This document shows, piece by piece, positions 20,058 through 30,163 of a stretch of 64,000 nt of DNA; within the stretch, counting starts at the first letter, position 1; the number at the start of each line of letters is the position of its first letter. The stretch spans positions 842,244 to 906,243 of the forward strand of contig CAVQYR010000002.1 in NCBI GenBank assembly GCA_963718235.1, written 5' to 3'. Source of the DNA: an uncultured Actinomycetota bacterium (GTDB lineage: Bacteria > Actinomycetota > Actinomycetes > JAHEKZ01). The translations under genes and the position numbers were made by a program. Below the pieces are notes generated by a model, which saw only the letters and a list, made by a program, of their open reading frames with translations, was not told where the DNA came from and searched no databases.

Positions 20058-20768
20058 GTGCCGGTCGAGGCGGTCATCTTCGACTGGGGCGGCGTGCTGA
20101 CACCGTGGCACACGATCGACCTGCGCGAGCAGTGGCACGCCTACAGCGCCGTCCACGAGCCGGCACGCGCCGACGAGCTCGCGGTGCTGCTGCTCGAGGC
20201 CGAGGACGCGTGCTGGCGAGCTGGCCGCCAGCACCAGCGGTCGGCGACGCTCGACGAGGTGTTCAGGGGGGTTGGGATCGAGCCAACGGGGCCACGGCAC
20301 GAGGCGGCGCTGGCCGCGTACCACGCATTCTGGATGCCACACACCATGGCCGACCCCGACGCGACAGCGACCCTGACGGCGCTGCGGGAGCGTGGCATCA
20401 AGGTGGGCGTGCTCTCCAACACGTTGTGGAGCCGGGAGTTCCACGAGGCCGTGTTCGAACGGGACGGTCTGCTGCCGCTCATCGACGGTGCCGTCTACTC
20501 CAGCGAGATTCCCTACACCAAGCCCCACCCTGGGGCCTTCACCTCCGCGATGGCGGTCGTGGGGGTCAGCGACCCGGCCGTGGCCGTGTTCGTCGGTGAC
20601 CGTCCCTTCGAGGACATCCATGGCAGCAAGTCGGTGGGCATGCGCGGGGTGCTGGTTCCTCACAGCGACATCCCGACCAGCCAGCGCGGGCACGTCGAGG
20701 GCGAGCCGGACGCCGTGATCCACCGGCTGCTCGACCTGCTCCCGCTGGTAGACGCGTGGTCAGCCTGA
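20058..20768 (+). CDS. HAD-superfamily hydrolase
   Basis: IFDWGGVL (motif I), LSNT, KPHP, FVGDRPFEDI. Confidence 0.9.
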   Translation: MPVEAVIFDWGGVLTPWHTIDLREQWHAYSAVHEPARADELAVLLLEAEDACWRAGRQHQRSATLDEVFRGVGIEPTGPRHEAALAAYHAFWMPHTMADPDATATLTALRERGIKVGVLSNTLWSREFHEAVFERDGLLPLIDGAVYSSEIPYTKPHPGAFTSAMAVVGVSDPAVAVFVGDRPFEDIHGSKSVGMRGVLVPHSDIPTSQRGHVEGEPDAVIHRLLDLLPLVDAWSA

Positions 20769-21170
20769 CGCCAGGCCGGGCAGGGCAGGTACCTCGCCGC
20801 TCCAGCGGTAGGAGCGGACGGCGGAGTCGCGCAGCCAAGCGGCCGCCGTCCGTCGCCACAGCTCGTCGCCGGTCGCGACGAGCTGGGCGTAGGCGGTCGC
20901 GGACGCCGCCTCGATCTGGGCGGCCAGCGCGCGTGCCTGGGCGGCCGCGACGACGGGGGAGTCCGGCTCGTACGCCGGTGCGGCTGGGGTGGGCGTCGCT
21001 GACGCCTCGACCAGGGCTGCGGTCAGGAGGTCGCGACGCTGCCGGTGCACGTCGTAGGACTCGCGCGCCAGCTGGTCGTCCGGCCCGAGCCGACCTCCGA
21101 CGATGCCGTACCCGAACACCGCCGAGTGCTCGACGGCGAGCGCGCCCTGCAGCGACGCGAGGTCAGCCAC
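20760..21170 (-). CDS. DUF4439 ferritin-like domain protein
   Basis: From GTG 21170: LQGALAVEHSAVFGYG...HRQRRD...AAPAY...W....ALPGL. Conserved neighbour of rimP in actinobacteria. Confidence 0.8.
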   Translation of the reverse strand: MADLASLQGALAVEHSAVFGYGIVGGRLGPDDQLARESYDVHRQRRDLLTAALVEASATPTPAAPAYEPDSPVVAAAQARALAAQIEAASATAYAQLVATGDELWRRTAAAWLRDSAVRSYRWSGEVPALPGLASG

Positions 21171-21648
21171 GCGTGCCTCGCAACGACGCAGCCAGGGCCG
21201 CATCGCTCGCCGCGATCGAGGCGAGCAGGGCGGCGTCGGACCCGGACTCCGGTTCGGTGACCGCGCGCTGCGTCTGGTCGGCGGCCAGGTCCAGGGCCCG
21301 GACGAACGCCGCGGCGGTGCGGGGACCGGTCGGAGCACCGTCCAGCGCACCCAGCGCACCAGCCGCGCGCAGGGCGTCGACATGCGCGCCCAGCACCCGC
21401 TGCGCCTCGCTGAGGGTCAACGACTCGGCCCAGTCGAGCAGGGCCAGCTCGCGCAGCAGCACCGCGTCCAGCTCCGGCCGCCGGACCGCGCTCGTCGTCG
21501 AGTCCGGAGCGGTCGAGGACGCGTCGGGTCCTTCGGCCTCCGTGCACCCGACCAGCGCGACTGCACCGGCCAGCCACGGCACCGCGAGCACGGTCCGACG
21601 GGAGAGGGCGGGAACACCGCCGGTGTCGGGGCGGTCGGGCTCGGTCAC
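21163..21648 (-). CDS. putative Tat-exported lipoprotein
   Basis: SRRTVL twin-arginine motif, hydrophobic stretch, LVGC lipobox, C-terminal ALLASIAAS. Overlaps the DUF4439 gene. Confidence 0.6.
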   Translation of the reverse strand: MTEPDRPDTGGVPALSRRTVLAVPWLAGAVALVGCTEAEGPDASSTAPDSTTSAVRRPELDAVLLRELALLDWAESLTLSEAQRVLGAHVDALRAAGALGALDGAPTGPRTAAAFVRALDLAADQTQRAVTEPESGSDAALLASIAASDAALAASLRGTRG

Positions 21649-21734
21649 CGCGGCAGCATCGCACGAGCGGTCCCTCCCCGGACCGTTAGGCTGGCCGGAC
21701 AACCGATCACACAACTGGACCCCTCGGAGGCACC

Positions 21735-22208
21735 ATGAGCGCCGTCGCCGACCGCGTCGAACGCGTGCTCACTCCGGTGGTGTCCGCGGCCGGCTACGAC
21801 CTCGAGGCACTGGAGGTCCAGCCCGCCGGACGCCGACGTCTGCTGCGCGTGATCGTCGACCGTGACGGCGGGATCGACCTCGACGCCGTGGCCGGGCTCT
21901 CCCGCGACCTGTCGGCCGCCCTGGACGCCTCCGACGCGATGGGCGACCAGGCCTACGTGCTCGAGGTCACCTCTCCCGGCGTCGACCGCCCGCTGACCGA
22001 ACCGCGGCACTGGCGACGCAACAAGGACCGTCTGGTCACGGTCACCCTCAAGGACCACAGCACCGTGAAGGGGCGGATCGGCGACTCCGACGAGACGACC
22101 ACCACCCTGCTGACCGACGACGGCGTGCGCACCCTGACCTACGACGGCGTCCAGCGCGCCCACGTCGAGGTGGAGTTCCGCCGTCCCGACCCGACCGAAG
22201 GAGAGTGA
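21735..22208 (+). CDS. rimP: ribosome maturation factor RimP
   Basis: [14 protein letters not shown] motif; first gene of the nusA-infB operon. Confidence 0.96.
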   Translation: MSAVADRVERVLTPVVSAAGYDLEALEVQPAGRRRLLRVIVDRDGGIDLDAVAGLSRDLSAALDASDAMGDQAYVLEVTSPGVDRPLTEPRHWRRNKDRLVTVTLKDHSTVKGRIGDSDETTTTLLTDDGVRTLTYDGVQRAHVEVEFRRPDPTEGE

Positions 22209-22209
22209 C

Positions 22210-23208
22210 GTGGACATCGACATGGCCGCCTTGCGCGGACTCGTGAGCGAACGGGACATCTCCTTCGACCTGGTGGTCGGTGCGATCGAGAAGGCCCTGG
22301 AGACCGCGTACCACCACAGCCCCGGTGCCCAGCCGGTCGCCCGGGTGGAGCTCGACCGGTCCAGCGGCCACGTCACGGTCTGGGCGGCTGAGACCGACGA
22401 AGAGGGCACCGTGCTGCGCGAGTACGACGACACCCCGGAGGGGTTCGGACGGGTAGCGGCGACCACCGCCCGTCAGGTGATCCTGCAGCGCCTGCGTGAC
22501 GCCGAGGACGAAGCGGTCTACGGCACCTGGTCCGGGCGGGAGGGCGACATCGTGTCCGGGGTCGTGCAGCAGGGCCCCGACCGTGACGTCGTGCTGGTCG
22601 ACCTCGGCGGTGTCGAGGCGGTGCTGCCGGTCGGTGAGCAGGTGCCCGGGGAGATCTACGAGCACGGACTGCGGCTGCGCTGCTACGTCGTGGCCGTCCG
22701 CAAAGGGGCCCGCGGTCCGCAGATCACCGTGTCGCGCACCCACCCGAACCTGGTCAAGCGGCTGTTCGCCCGCGAGGTGCCCGAGATCGCCGACGGCAGC
22801 GTGGAGATCATGGGGATCGCCCGGGAGTCCGGGCACCGCAGCAAGCTGGCCGTGGCCTCCCACACGCCGGGGGTGAACGCCAAAGGGGCCTGCATCGGTC
22901 CGATGGGGCAGCGGGTGCGGGCGGTGATGGCCGAGCTGCACGGCGAGAAGATCGACATCGTCGACTGGTCGGAGGACCCGGCCGAGTACGTGGGCCACGC
23001 GCTCAGCCCGGCGCGGGTCAGCTCGGTGCGGGTGGTCGACCTGGACACCAAGCAGGTCAGGGCGGTCGTGCCGGACTACCAGCTGAGCCTGGCCATCGGC
23101 AAGGAGGGCCAGAACGCGCGGCTGGCGGCCCGGCTCACCGGCTGGCGGATCGACATCCGACCGGACACCGCACCGGAGCCGATCGCCGAGGCTGGCCGGC
23201 CGGAGTGA
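22210..23208 (+). CDS. nusA: transcription termination factor NusA
   Basis: [57 protein letters not shown]. Confidence 0.97.
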   Translation: MDIDMAALRGLVSERDISFDLVVGAIEKALETAYHHSPGAQPVARVELDRSSGHVTVWAAETDEEGTVLREYDDTPEGFGRVAATTARQVILQRLRDAEDEAVYGTWSGREGDIVSGVVQQGPDRDVVLVDLGGVEAVLPVGEQVPGEIYEHGLRLRCYVVAVRKGARGPQITVSRTHPNLVKRLFAREVPEIADGSVEIMGIARESGHRSKLAVASHTPGVNAKGACIGPMGQRVRAVMAELHGEKIDIVDWSEDPAEYVGHALSPARVSSVRVVDLDTKQVRAVVPDYQLSLAIGKEGQNARLAARLTGWRIDIRPDTAPEPIAEAGRPE

Positions 23209-23228
23209 CCGACGGGGTAGACTGCCCG

Positions 23229-23609
23229 GTGTCCGGTCGTCCGGGCCCGGTCCGCACGTGCGTGGGGTGCCGGGAGCGGGCGGCCAAGGCTGATCTGCTG
23301 CGTGTGGTGGTCTCGTCGGACACCGACCCTCCTCGGGTCGTGCCCGACCCCACCAACCGGCGGCCCGGTCGGGGAGCCTCGTTGCATCCCCGGCGGGCCT
23401 GCCTCGACCTCGCTGTGCGTCGCCGGGCGTTCGCGCGGGCCCTCCGGCTCGTCGGGCCGGTCGACGTCGACGAGGTCAGGCAGTATCTGTCCCGACACCC
23501 AGCACCACCCACCAGCACGACCACCAGCACGACCACCAGCACGACCCCTACACCCGCAACCGAAGGCGGCGACGACAGCGATGAGCGCTCGATGAGCCAG
23601 CAGCGATGA
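23229..23609 (+). CDS. ylxR: YlxR/DUF448 family RNA-binding protein
   Basis: PVRTCVGCR and PGRGASLHP...C...A.RRRAF.RALR motifs. Thr/Ser low-complexity tail from a 12-bp repeat (ACCAGCACGACC x3). Start uncertain (23205 or 23229). Confidence 0.88.
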   Translation: MSGRPGPVRTCVGCRERAAKADLLRVVVSSDTDPPRVVPDPTNRRPGRGASLHPRRACLDLAVRRRAFARALRLVGPVDVDEVRQYLSRHPAPPTSTTTSTTTSTTPTPATEGGDDSDERSMSQQR

Positions 23610-23669
23610 GCATGCGCATCAACTAGGGGTCCGCACCCGACAGGGGTCCGGACCGAAGACAGGAGAGCA
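23579..23669 (+). promoter_or_regulatory. infB leader: three ATGA-overlapping mini-ORFs, then a hairpin, then the SD
   Basis: MSAR* 23581-23595, MSQQR* 23592-23609, MSMRIN* 23606-23626. Hairpin GGTCCG-C-ACCC/GGGT-C-CGGACC at 23628-23654. AGGAG at 23661-23665. Confidence 0.6.
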
Positions 23670-26369
23670 GTGGCAAAGGTCCGGGTCTACGAGCTCGCAA
23701 AGGAGCTCGGTGTCGAGAGCAAGGTCGTCTTGGCCAAGCTCAGTGAGATGGGTGAGTTCGTCCGGTCGGCGTCGTCGACCGTCGAGGCACCCGTCGTCCG
23801 AAGGCTGCGCGAGGCGATGCCAGCAGCGCCGGCAGCGCCGGCCGCCGAGAAGCCCGCCAAGAAGGCCGCCGCGAAACCGGCCGCCAAGAAGGCTGCGCCC
23901 GCTCCCGAGCCGCTGCCCGACGAGCTGGTGGCTGCCGCCACCGCCGCCGTGGCGGCCCAGGCGCAGCCCGCCCCGGCGGCGTCGGCACCCGCAGCAGTCG
24001 CAGCCGAGGCCGCCGCCCCGGCGCCGGCCCGTCCCGCGGGTCCGCGTCCGGGCAACAACCCGTTCACGTCCCGTGAGCCGGCCCCGCCACGTCCCGCGGG
24101 TCCGCGTCCGGGCAACAACCCGTACACCTCCCGCGAGCCGGCCCCGCCGCGCCCGGCGGGGATGCCCCCACGTCCGGGTGGCGGGGCTCCTAACCCCGGC
24201 ATGATGCCTCCGCGCCCGCAGCCGGGCGCCGGTCGTACCGGAGCCCCCGGCCGACCGGGAGCACCCGGTCGCCCCGGAACCGGCGGCGCCCGTCCGGGCA
24301 CCGGCGGAGCCCGACCCGGTGGCGGTGGTGGCTACGCCGGCCGTCCCGGTGGTGGCGGTGCGCCCAGCGGTGGTGGCGGCTACGCCGGTCGTCCCGGTGG
24401 TGGCGGTGGCCGACCCGGTGGTCCCGGTGGTCGCGGCGGCACCCAGGGTGCGTTCGGTCGCGGCGGCGGCAAGCCGCGTGGGCGCAAGTCGCGCAAGCAG
24501 CGGCGTCAGGAGTTCGACAACCTGCAGGCCCCGACCATCGGTGGGGTCTCGGTCCCGCGCGGACAGGGGCAAACCGTTCGGCTGCCCCGAGGCGCGTCGC
24601 TGACCGACTTCGCCGACAAGATCGGCGCCAACCCGGCGTCGCTGGTGCAGGTGCTGTTCACCCTCGGCGAGATGGCCACGGCCACGCAGTCCCTCGACGA
24701 GGACACGTTCGCGCTGCTGGGCTCCGAGCTCGGCTACGACGTCGAGGTGGTCAGTCCCGACGACGAGGACCGCGAGCTGCTGGAGTCCTTCGACATCGAC
24801 CTCGACGCCGAGGTGGCCGAGCAGGACGACGACGATCTCCTGCCGCGACCGCCGGTCGTCACGGTCATGGGCCACGTCGACCACGGCAAGACCAAGCTGC
24901 TCGACGCCATCCGCTCGACCGACGTCGTCGCCGACGAGGCCGGCGGGATCACCCAGCACATCGGCGCCTACCAGGTGCACGTGCCGCACGACGGACGCGA
25001 CCGCGCCCTGACCTTCATCGACACCCCCGGCCACGAGGCGTTCACCGCCATGCGTGCCCGCGGGGCGAAGGTCACTGACATCGCGGTGCTCGTGGTGGCT
25101 GCCGACGACGGCGTGATGCCGCAGACGATCGAGGCGCTGAACCACGCGCAGGCGGCCGAGGTGCCGATCGTGGTGGCGGTCAACAAGGTCGACAAGGAGG
25201 ACGCCAACCCGGCCAAGGTGCGCCAGCAGCTGACCGAGTACGGACTGGTGGCCGAGGAGTACGGCGGCGAGACGATGTTCGTCGACGTCTCCGCCAAGAG
25301 CCGGCTCAACATCGACAGCCTGCTCGAGGCCGTACTGCTCACCGCAGACGCGGCGCTCGACCTCCGGGCCAACCCCAACACCGAGGCCCGAGGTGTCGCC
25401 ATCGAGGCCCACCTCGACCGCGGCCGCGGTCCGGTGGCCACGGTGCTGGTCCAGCGGGGCACGCTGCACGTCGGTGAGGCCATCGTGGCCGGCGACGCGT
25501 TCGGCCGGGTCCGGGCCATGCTCGACGAGCACGGTGACCCGGTCGAGCAGGCCGGCCCGTCGCGACCGGTGCAGGTGCTGGGCTTCAGCTCGGTGCCCGG
25601 CGCCGGTGACCGGTTCATCGTTGCCGAGGAGGAGCGCGTCGCTCGCCAGATCGCCGAGAAGCGACAGGCGATGGAGCGCAACGCCGCCCTGGCCAAGGCC
25701 CGCAAGAAGGTCAGCCTGGAGGACCTCCAGAAGATCCTCGAGCAGGGCAAGATCGAGACGCTGAACCTGATCCTCAAGGGCGACGTGTCGGGTTCGGTCG
25801 AGGCCCTCGAGGACGCCTTGCTGAAGATCGACGTCGGCGAGGAGGTGTCGATGCGGATCATCCACCGCGGGGTCGGCGCCATCACCCAGCACGACGTCAC
25901 CTTGGCGTCGGCGTCCGACGCGGTCATCATCGGCTTCAACGTCCGACCGGAGGGTCGGGCTCGTGAGCTCGCCGAGCGCGAGGGCATCGACATCCGGTAC
26001 TACTCGGTCATCTACCAGGCGATCGACGAGATCGAGCAGGCCCTCAAGGGAATGCTCAAGCCGGAGTTCGAGGAGGTCGAGCTGGGTACCGCCGAGGTCC
26101 GCGAGGTCTTCCGGTCCAGCAAGTTCGGCACCATCGCCGGCTCGCTGGTCCGCTCCGGGGAGCTCAAGCGCGGCACCAAGGCGCGCGTGGTCCGAGATGG
26201 CGCGGTCGTGGCCGAGAACGTCGAGATCACCGGGCTGCGACGGTTCAAGGACGACGTCACCGAGGTTCGCGAGGGTTTCGAGTGCGGCATCAACCTGGGG
26301 TCGTTCAACGACGTCAAGGTCGACGACGTCATCGAGACGTTCGAGATGCGCGAGAAGCCTCGCGCCTGA
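23670..26369 (+). CDS. infB: translation initiation factor IF-2
   Basis: [47 protein letters not shown]. Confidence 0.98.
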   Translation: MAKVRVYELAKELGVESKVVLAKLSEMGEFVRSASSTVEAPVVRRLREAMPAAPAAPAAEKPAKKAAAKPAAKKAAPAPEPLPDELVAAATAAVAAQAQPAPAASAPAAVAAEAAAPAPARPAGPRPGNNPFTSREPAPPRPAGPRPGNNPYTSREPAPPRPAGMPPRPGGGAPNPGMMPPRPQPGAGRTGAPGRPGAPGRPGTGGARPGTGGARPGGGGGYAGRPGGGGAPSGGGGYAGRPGGGGGRPGGPGGRGGTQGAFGRGGGKPRGRKSRKQRRQEFDNLQAPTIGGVSVPRGQGQTVRLPRGASLTDFADKIGANPASLVQVLFTLGEMATATQSLDEDTFALLGSELGYDVEVVSPDDEDRELLESFDIDLDAEVAEQDDDDLLPRPPVVTVMGHVDHGKTKLLDAIRSTDVVADEAGGITQHIGAYQVHVPHDGRDRALTFIDTPGHEAFTAMRARGAKVTDIAVLVVAADDGVMPQTIEALNHAQAAEVPIVVAVNKVDKEDANPAKVRQQLTEYGLVAEEYGGETMFVDVSAKSRLNIDSLLEAVLLTADAALDLRANPNTEARGVAIEAHLDRGRGPVATVLVQRGTLHVGEAIVAGDAFGRVRAMLDEHGDPVEQAGPSRPVQVLGFSSVPGAGDRFIVAEEERVARQIAEKRQAMERNAALAKARKKVSLEDLQKILEQGKIETLNLILKGDVSGSVEALEDALLKIDVGEEVSMRIIHRGVGAITQHDVTLASASDAVIIGFNVRPEGRARELAEREGIDIRYYSVIYQAIDEIEQALKGMLKPEFEEVELGTAEVREVFRSSKFGTIAGSLVRSGELKRGTKARVVRDGAVVAENVEITGLRRFKDDVTEVREGFECGINLGSFNDVKVDDVIETFEMREKPRA

Positions 26370-26411
26370 TCGAGGTCGCGAGCAGGTCCGGTTTCGACCC
26401 AGGGATGGCGG

Positions 26412-26708
26412 ATGGTCATCGGCACGCTGAGACTGGACCTGCTGCTCGGCGACGTCTCGTCGCTGAAGCAGAAGCGGTCGGTCGTGCGACCAGTGGTCGC
26501 CGAGCTGCGACGGGTGTTCGCCGTCGCCGTCGCGGAGACGGGCGACCAAGAGCTGTACCGAAGGGCCGAGATCGGCGTGGCGTGCGTCTCGGCCGACTTC
26601 GCGCACTGCCGTGACGTTCTCGACGCGTGTGAGCGCGCCGTGGCCGAACGGCCTGAGCTGGAGCTGCTGTCGGCGCGACAGCGGCTCTTCGACGAGGAGG
26701 ACCTGTGA
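26412..26708 (+). CDS. DUF503 (YlxP) family protein
   Basis: SLKQKRSVVRP...AVAETGDQEL.RRAEIG. Canonical position between infB and rbfA. Confidence 0.9.
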   Translation: MVIGTLRLDLLLGDVSSLKQKRSVVRPVVAELRRVFAVAVAETGDQELYRRAEIGVACVSADFAHCRDVLDACERAVAERPELELLSARQRLFDEEDL

Positions 26709-27145
26709 CCGAGATGGACGCCCGCGCTCGCAAGCTGGCCGACCGCATCCGCGAGATCGTGGCCGAGACGCTCGAGCGCAGGGTCAAGGACCCTCGGCTG
26801 GGGTTCGTGACGATCACCGACGCGCGGATCACCAACGACCTTCGCGACGCCACGGTCTTCTACACCGTCTACGGCGACGAGACCGAGCGCGTGGACACCG
26901 GGGTCGCTCTGGACAGCGCCAAGGGCATGCTGCGCAGTGAGGTCGGCAAGCAGACGGGAGTCCGGTTCACCCCGACGCTGGCCTTCATGCTGGACGGTGT
27001 GCAGGAGAACGCTCGGCACATCGAGGACCTGCTGCAGCAGGCCCGCGAGGCCGACGCCCAGGTGCACCGGCAGGCGGCAGCGGCCCAGTACGCGGCCGGC
27101 GCCGACGCCTATCGCACCGACGAGCCCGAGGCCGACGCCCAGTGA
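26705..27145 (+). CDS. rbfA: ribosome-binding factor A
   Basis: KDPRLGFVTITD, DLRDATVFYT, VRFTPTLAF. Confidence 0.96.
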   Translation: MTEMDARARKLADRIREIVAETLERRVKDPRLGFVTITDARITNDLRDATVFYTVYGDETERVDTGVALDSAKGMLRSEVGKQTGVRFTPTLAFMLDGVQENARHIEDLLQQAREADAQVHRQAAAAQYAAGADAYRTDEPEADAQ

Positions 27146-28173
27146 CCGACACTCTCCCTTGCCCCGGGGTCGACGACTCCACCTGGGACACCATCGTCGC
27201 GGTGATCCTCGGCGCCCCGCGCGTCCTCCTGCTCGGGCACGTGTCACCCGACGGTGATGCGCTGGGGTCTGCGCTGGCCGTCGGACTCGCGCTGAGGCAG
27301 CTGCCCGGCGCCCGCCAGGTGCAGGTGTCGTTCGGCGACGAGCCGTTCGTCGTCCCGGCCAACCTCGCCGGGCTGCCGGGGCTGTCGCTGCTGGTCGAGC
27401 CCTCGCAGGTGGCCGCCCCCGACGTCACCGTCACCTTCGACGCCAGCAGCGCCGACCGGCTCGGCGTGCTCAGGCCGCTCGCCGAGGCCGGCCAGCACCT
27501 CGTCGTGGTCGACCACCACGCCTCCTACGACGGGTTCGGCACCCTGGCCGCCGTCGACGTGCGCGCACCGGCCACCGCGGTGCTGGCCGACGAGCTGATC
27601 CGTCGGCTGGGCGCCACCGTCGACCACGACGTGGCGGCGAACCTCTACACCGGCCTGGTCACCGACACCGGGTCGTTCCGCTACGCCGGCACGACGCCAG
27701 ACACCCACGCACTGGCGGGCCGGCTCCTGGAGACGGGGATCCGGTTCGACGTCATTGCCCGTGAGCTGTTCGACAACGTGCCGTTCGGCTACCTCGGCCT
27801 GCTGGGACGCGCACTCGACCGCGCCGTGCTGGAGCGTGACGCCGCGGGCGGGCTCGGCCTGGTCTGGACGGTCGTCCCGGCGCTGGAGCGCCAGCAGCTC
27901 GGGCTCCCGTTCGACCTCGTCGAACCGATCATCGACAGCGTGCGCAAGGCCGAGGAGGCGGAGGTCGCCTGTGTGGTCAAGGAGGACGACTTCGGCCAGC
28001 TGCGGGTCTCGATGCGCAGCAAGGGTCGGCTCGACGTGAGCCTGGCAGCGATCGCCCTGGGCGGCGGCGGCCACCGCTACGCAGCCGGGTTCACCGCGGA
28101 CACCCACGACCTGGATGCGGTGATCCGCGGCGTCCGCGAGCAGCTGGACGAAGCCCCGCACCTGCAGCCGTGA
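27142..28173 (+). CDS. nrnA: DHH-family phosphoesterase (NrnA-like)
   Basis: HVSPDGDALGS, VVDHH, TDTGSF, GGGGHRYAAG. Confidence 0.9.
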   Translation: MTDTLPCPGVDDSTWDTIVAVILGAPRVLLLGHVSPDGDALGSALAVGLALRQLPGARQVQVSFGDEPFVVPANLAGLPGLSLLVEPSQVAAPDVTVTFDASSADRLGVLRPLAEAGQHLVVVDHHASYDGFGTLAAVDVRAPATAVLADELIRRLGATVDHDVAANLYTGLVTDTGSFRYAGTTPDTHALAGRLLETGIRFDVIARELFDNVPFGYLGLLGRALDRAVLERDAAGGLGLVWTVVPALERQQLGLPFDLVEPIIDSVRKAEEAEVACVVKEDDFGQLRVSMRSKGRLDVSLAAIALGGGGHRYAAGFTADTHDLDAVIRGVREQLDEAPHLQP

Positions 28174-29045
28174 GCGGTCCCGACGGGCTCCTCGTCGTCG
28201 ACAAGCCCAAAGGGCTGACGTCGCACGACGTCGTCGCCCGGGTGCGTCGTCTGGCCGGCACGCGCAAGGTGGGGCACGCCGGAACGCTCGACCCCATGGC
28301 CACCGGTGTGCTCGTCGTCGGGCTGGGCCGGGCCACCCGGCTGCTGGGGCACCTGGCCGCCACCGACAAGGAGTACACGGCCACGATCCGGCTGGGCGAG
28401 TCGACGCTCACCGACGACGCCGAAGGTGAGGTCGTCACCAGGGCTGACGCCTCGGCGACCGTCGACGCAGACGTGCTGGCCGCGATCGGTGACCTGACCG
28501 GCGACCTCGAGCAGGTGCCGTCGTCGGTCAGCGCGGTGAAGGTCGACGGCGAGCGGGCTTACCGCCGGGTGCGTGAGGGCGAGACGGTGCAGCTGAGGCC
28601 GAGGCGGGTGACGGTGTCCCGGTTCGACGTCCTCCAGACCCGGCGGCCGACGCCTGAGCTGCTCGACGTCGACGTCGTCGTGCAGTGCTCGACCGGCACC
28701 TACGTGCGCGCACTGGCCCGCGACCTCGGCGCCGCTCTGGGCACCGGTGGGCATCTGACCGCGTTGCGCCGCACGCGCGTGGGTGGGTTCGACCTCGGCT
28801 CGGCGCACACGCTCGACGCTCTCGCCGAGTCGTTCTCCGTGCTCGGCCTCGACGACTCGATCGCCGCAGCCTTCCCGAGGCGTGACCTGAGTGCGGAGGA
28901 GGCCGTCGACGTCTCGCACGGTCGGCCGTTGCCGCTGCACGAGGAGGCCGGCCCAACCGGTGCCTTCGACCCGGACGGACACGTCGTGGCGCTGATGGCC
29001 CCCGACGGCGAGCAGCTGCGGGTCCTCGTCGGGCTCGTCGGGTAG
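28170..29045 (+). CDS. truB: tRNA pseudouridine(55) synthase
   Basis: DKPKGLTSHDVV, GHAGTLDPMATGVL, CSTGTYVRALARDLG. Confidence 0.97.
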   Translation: MSGPDGLLVVDKPKGLTSHDVVARVRRLAGTRKVGHAGTLDPMATGVLVVGLGRATRLLGHLAATDKEYTATIRLGESTLTDDAEGEVVTRADASATVDADVLAAIGDLTGDLEQVPSSVSAVKVDGERAYRRVREGETVQLRPRRVTVSRFDVLQTRRPTPELLDVDVVVQCSTGTYVRALARDLGAALGTGGHLTALRRTRVGGFDLGSAHTLDALAESFSVLGLDDSIAAAFPRRDLSAEEAVDVSHGRPLPLHEEAGPTGAFDPDGHVVALMAPDGEQLRVLVGLVG

Positions 29046-29049
29046 GACC

Positions 29050-30060
29050 ATGACGATCTGGCAGGGTGACCGGGTGCGCTCACCGGAGGCTCGGCCGCTG
29101 CGGTTCGACGGGATCACCGCCGTCCCCGCCGACTGGCCGCGTTCGGTCGTCACGATCGGGGTCTTCGACGGTGTGCATGTCGGGCACCGGTCGATCCTGG
29201 CCCAGGCCCACCGCCACGCGGTGGCGCTGGGCGGCGTGCCGGTCGTGGCGGTCACCTTCGACCCGCACCCCAGCGAGGTGGTGCGACCCGGCAGCAGTCC
29301 GCGGCAGGTCTCCACCCTCGACCACCGGGTCGAGCTGTTGGGGGAGGCCGGCGCCGACGCCGTGCTCGTGCTGCCCTTCACCCGTGAGCTGGCGTCGCTG
29401 TCGCCGCAGGATTTCGTCGAGCAGGTCCTCACCGGTCGGCTGCACGCGGTGGCGGTGGTCGTCGGCGCCAACTTCCGGTTCGGCCACCGGGCTGCCGGGA
29501 CGGTCGAGACGCTGGCCGGGCTCGGCGAGCAGCTCGGCTTCACCGTCGAGGGCGTGACCCTCGTCGCAGGCACCGACGGCGCGGCGACCGCCGCGTCGTC
29601 CAGCTACGTGCGTCAGTGCGTGCTCGAGGGTGACGTCGTGGAGGCGTCCCTGGTGCTGGGGCGACCGCACCGAGTCGAGGGCCCGGTCGTGCACGGCGAC
29701 CACCGCGGCCGCGACCTCGGCTACCCGACGGCGAACGTCGCGGTCGACCCGGGCGCCGCGGTGCCCGACGACGGCGTCTACGCCGGCTGGCTCCTCGTCG
29801 ACCCGCACGCGGGCGACCCCAAGCATCGGTACCCGGCGGCGATCTCGATCGGCACGAACCCGACCTTCGACGGCGCCGAGCGGCGGGTGGAGGCCTACGT
29901 CCTGGACCGCGACGACCTCGACCTGTACGGGAAGACCGTGGCCGTGGAGTTCCGTTCCCGGCTGCGACCCACCCTGAGGTTCGACTCGGTGGACGACCTG
30001 CTCGTCCAGATGGCCGACGACGTCGAGCAGACCCGTCACCTCACCGCGACTCCGGAGTAG
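29050..30060 (+). CDS. ribF: bifunctional riboflavin kinase/FAD synthetase
   Basis: GVFDGVHVGH, VGANFRFG, SSSYVR, GRDLGYPTAN, GTNPTF. Confidence 0.96.
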   Translation: MTIWQGDRVRSPEARPLRFDGITAVPADWPRSVVTIGVFDGVHVGHRSILAQAHRHAVALGGVPVVAVTFDPHPSEVVRPGSSPRQVSTLDHRVELLGEAGADAVLVLPFTRELASLSPQDFVEQVLTGRLHAVAVVVGANFRFGHRAAGTVETLAGLGEQLGFTVEGVTLVAGTDGAATAASSSYVRQCVLEGDVVEASLVLGRPHRVEGPVVHGDHRGRDLGYPTANVAVDPGAAVPDDGVYAGWLLVDPHAGDPKHRYPAAISIGTNPTFDGAERRVEAYVLDRDDLDLYGKTVAVEFRSRLRPTLRFDSVDDLLVQMADDVEQTRHLTATPE

Positions 30061-30163
30061 CGGCGCCCACCGGGGCCGACGAAGGCGCCGTCCTCTCGTC
30101 GGCCACTCGTAACGGCCTCGTAACGGACGCCTGCCCAGGCTGGGGCATAGGAGGTGGTCGACG

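Noticed and set aside
24030-24430. Tandem repeats in infB ([11 protein letters not shown] x2, GGGGYAGRP x2)
   Set aside because: This is the ordinary low-complexity N-terminal region of actinobacterial IF2; not a CRISPR array or mobile repeat.
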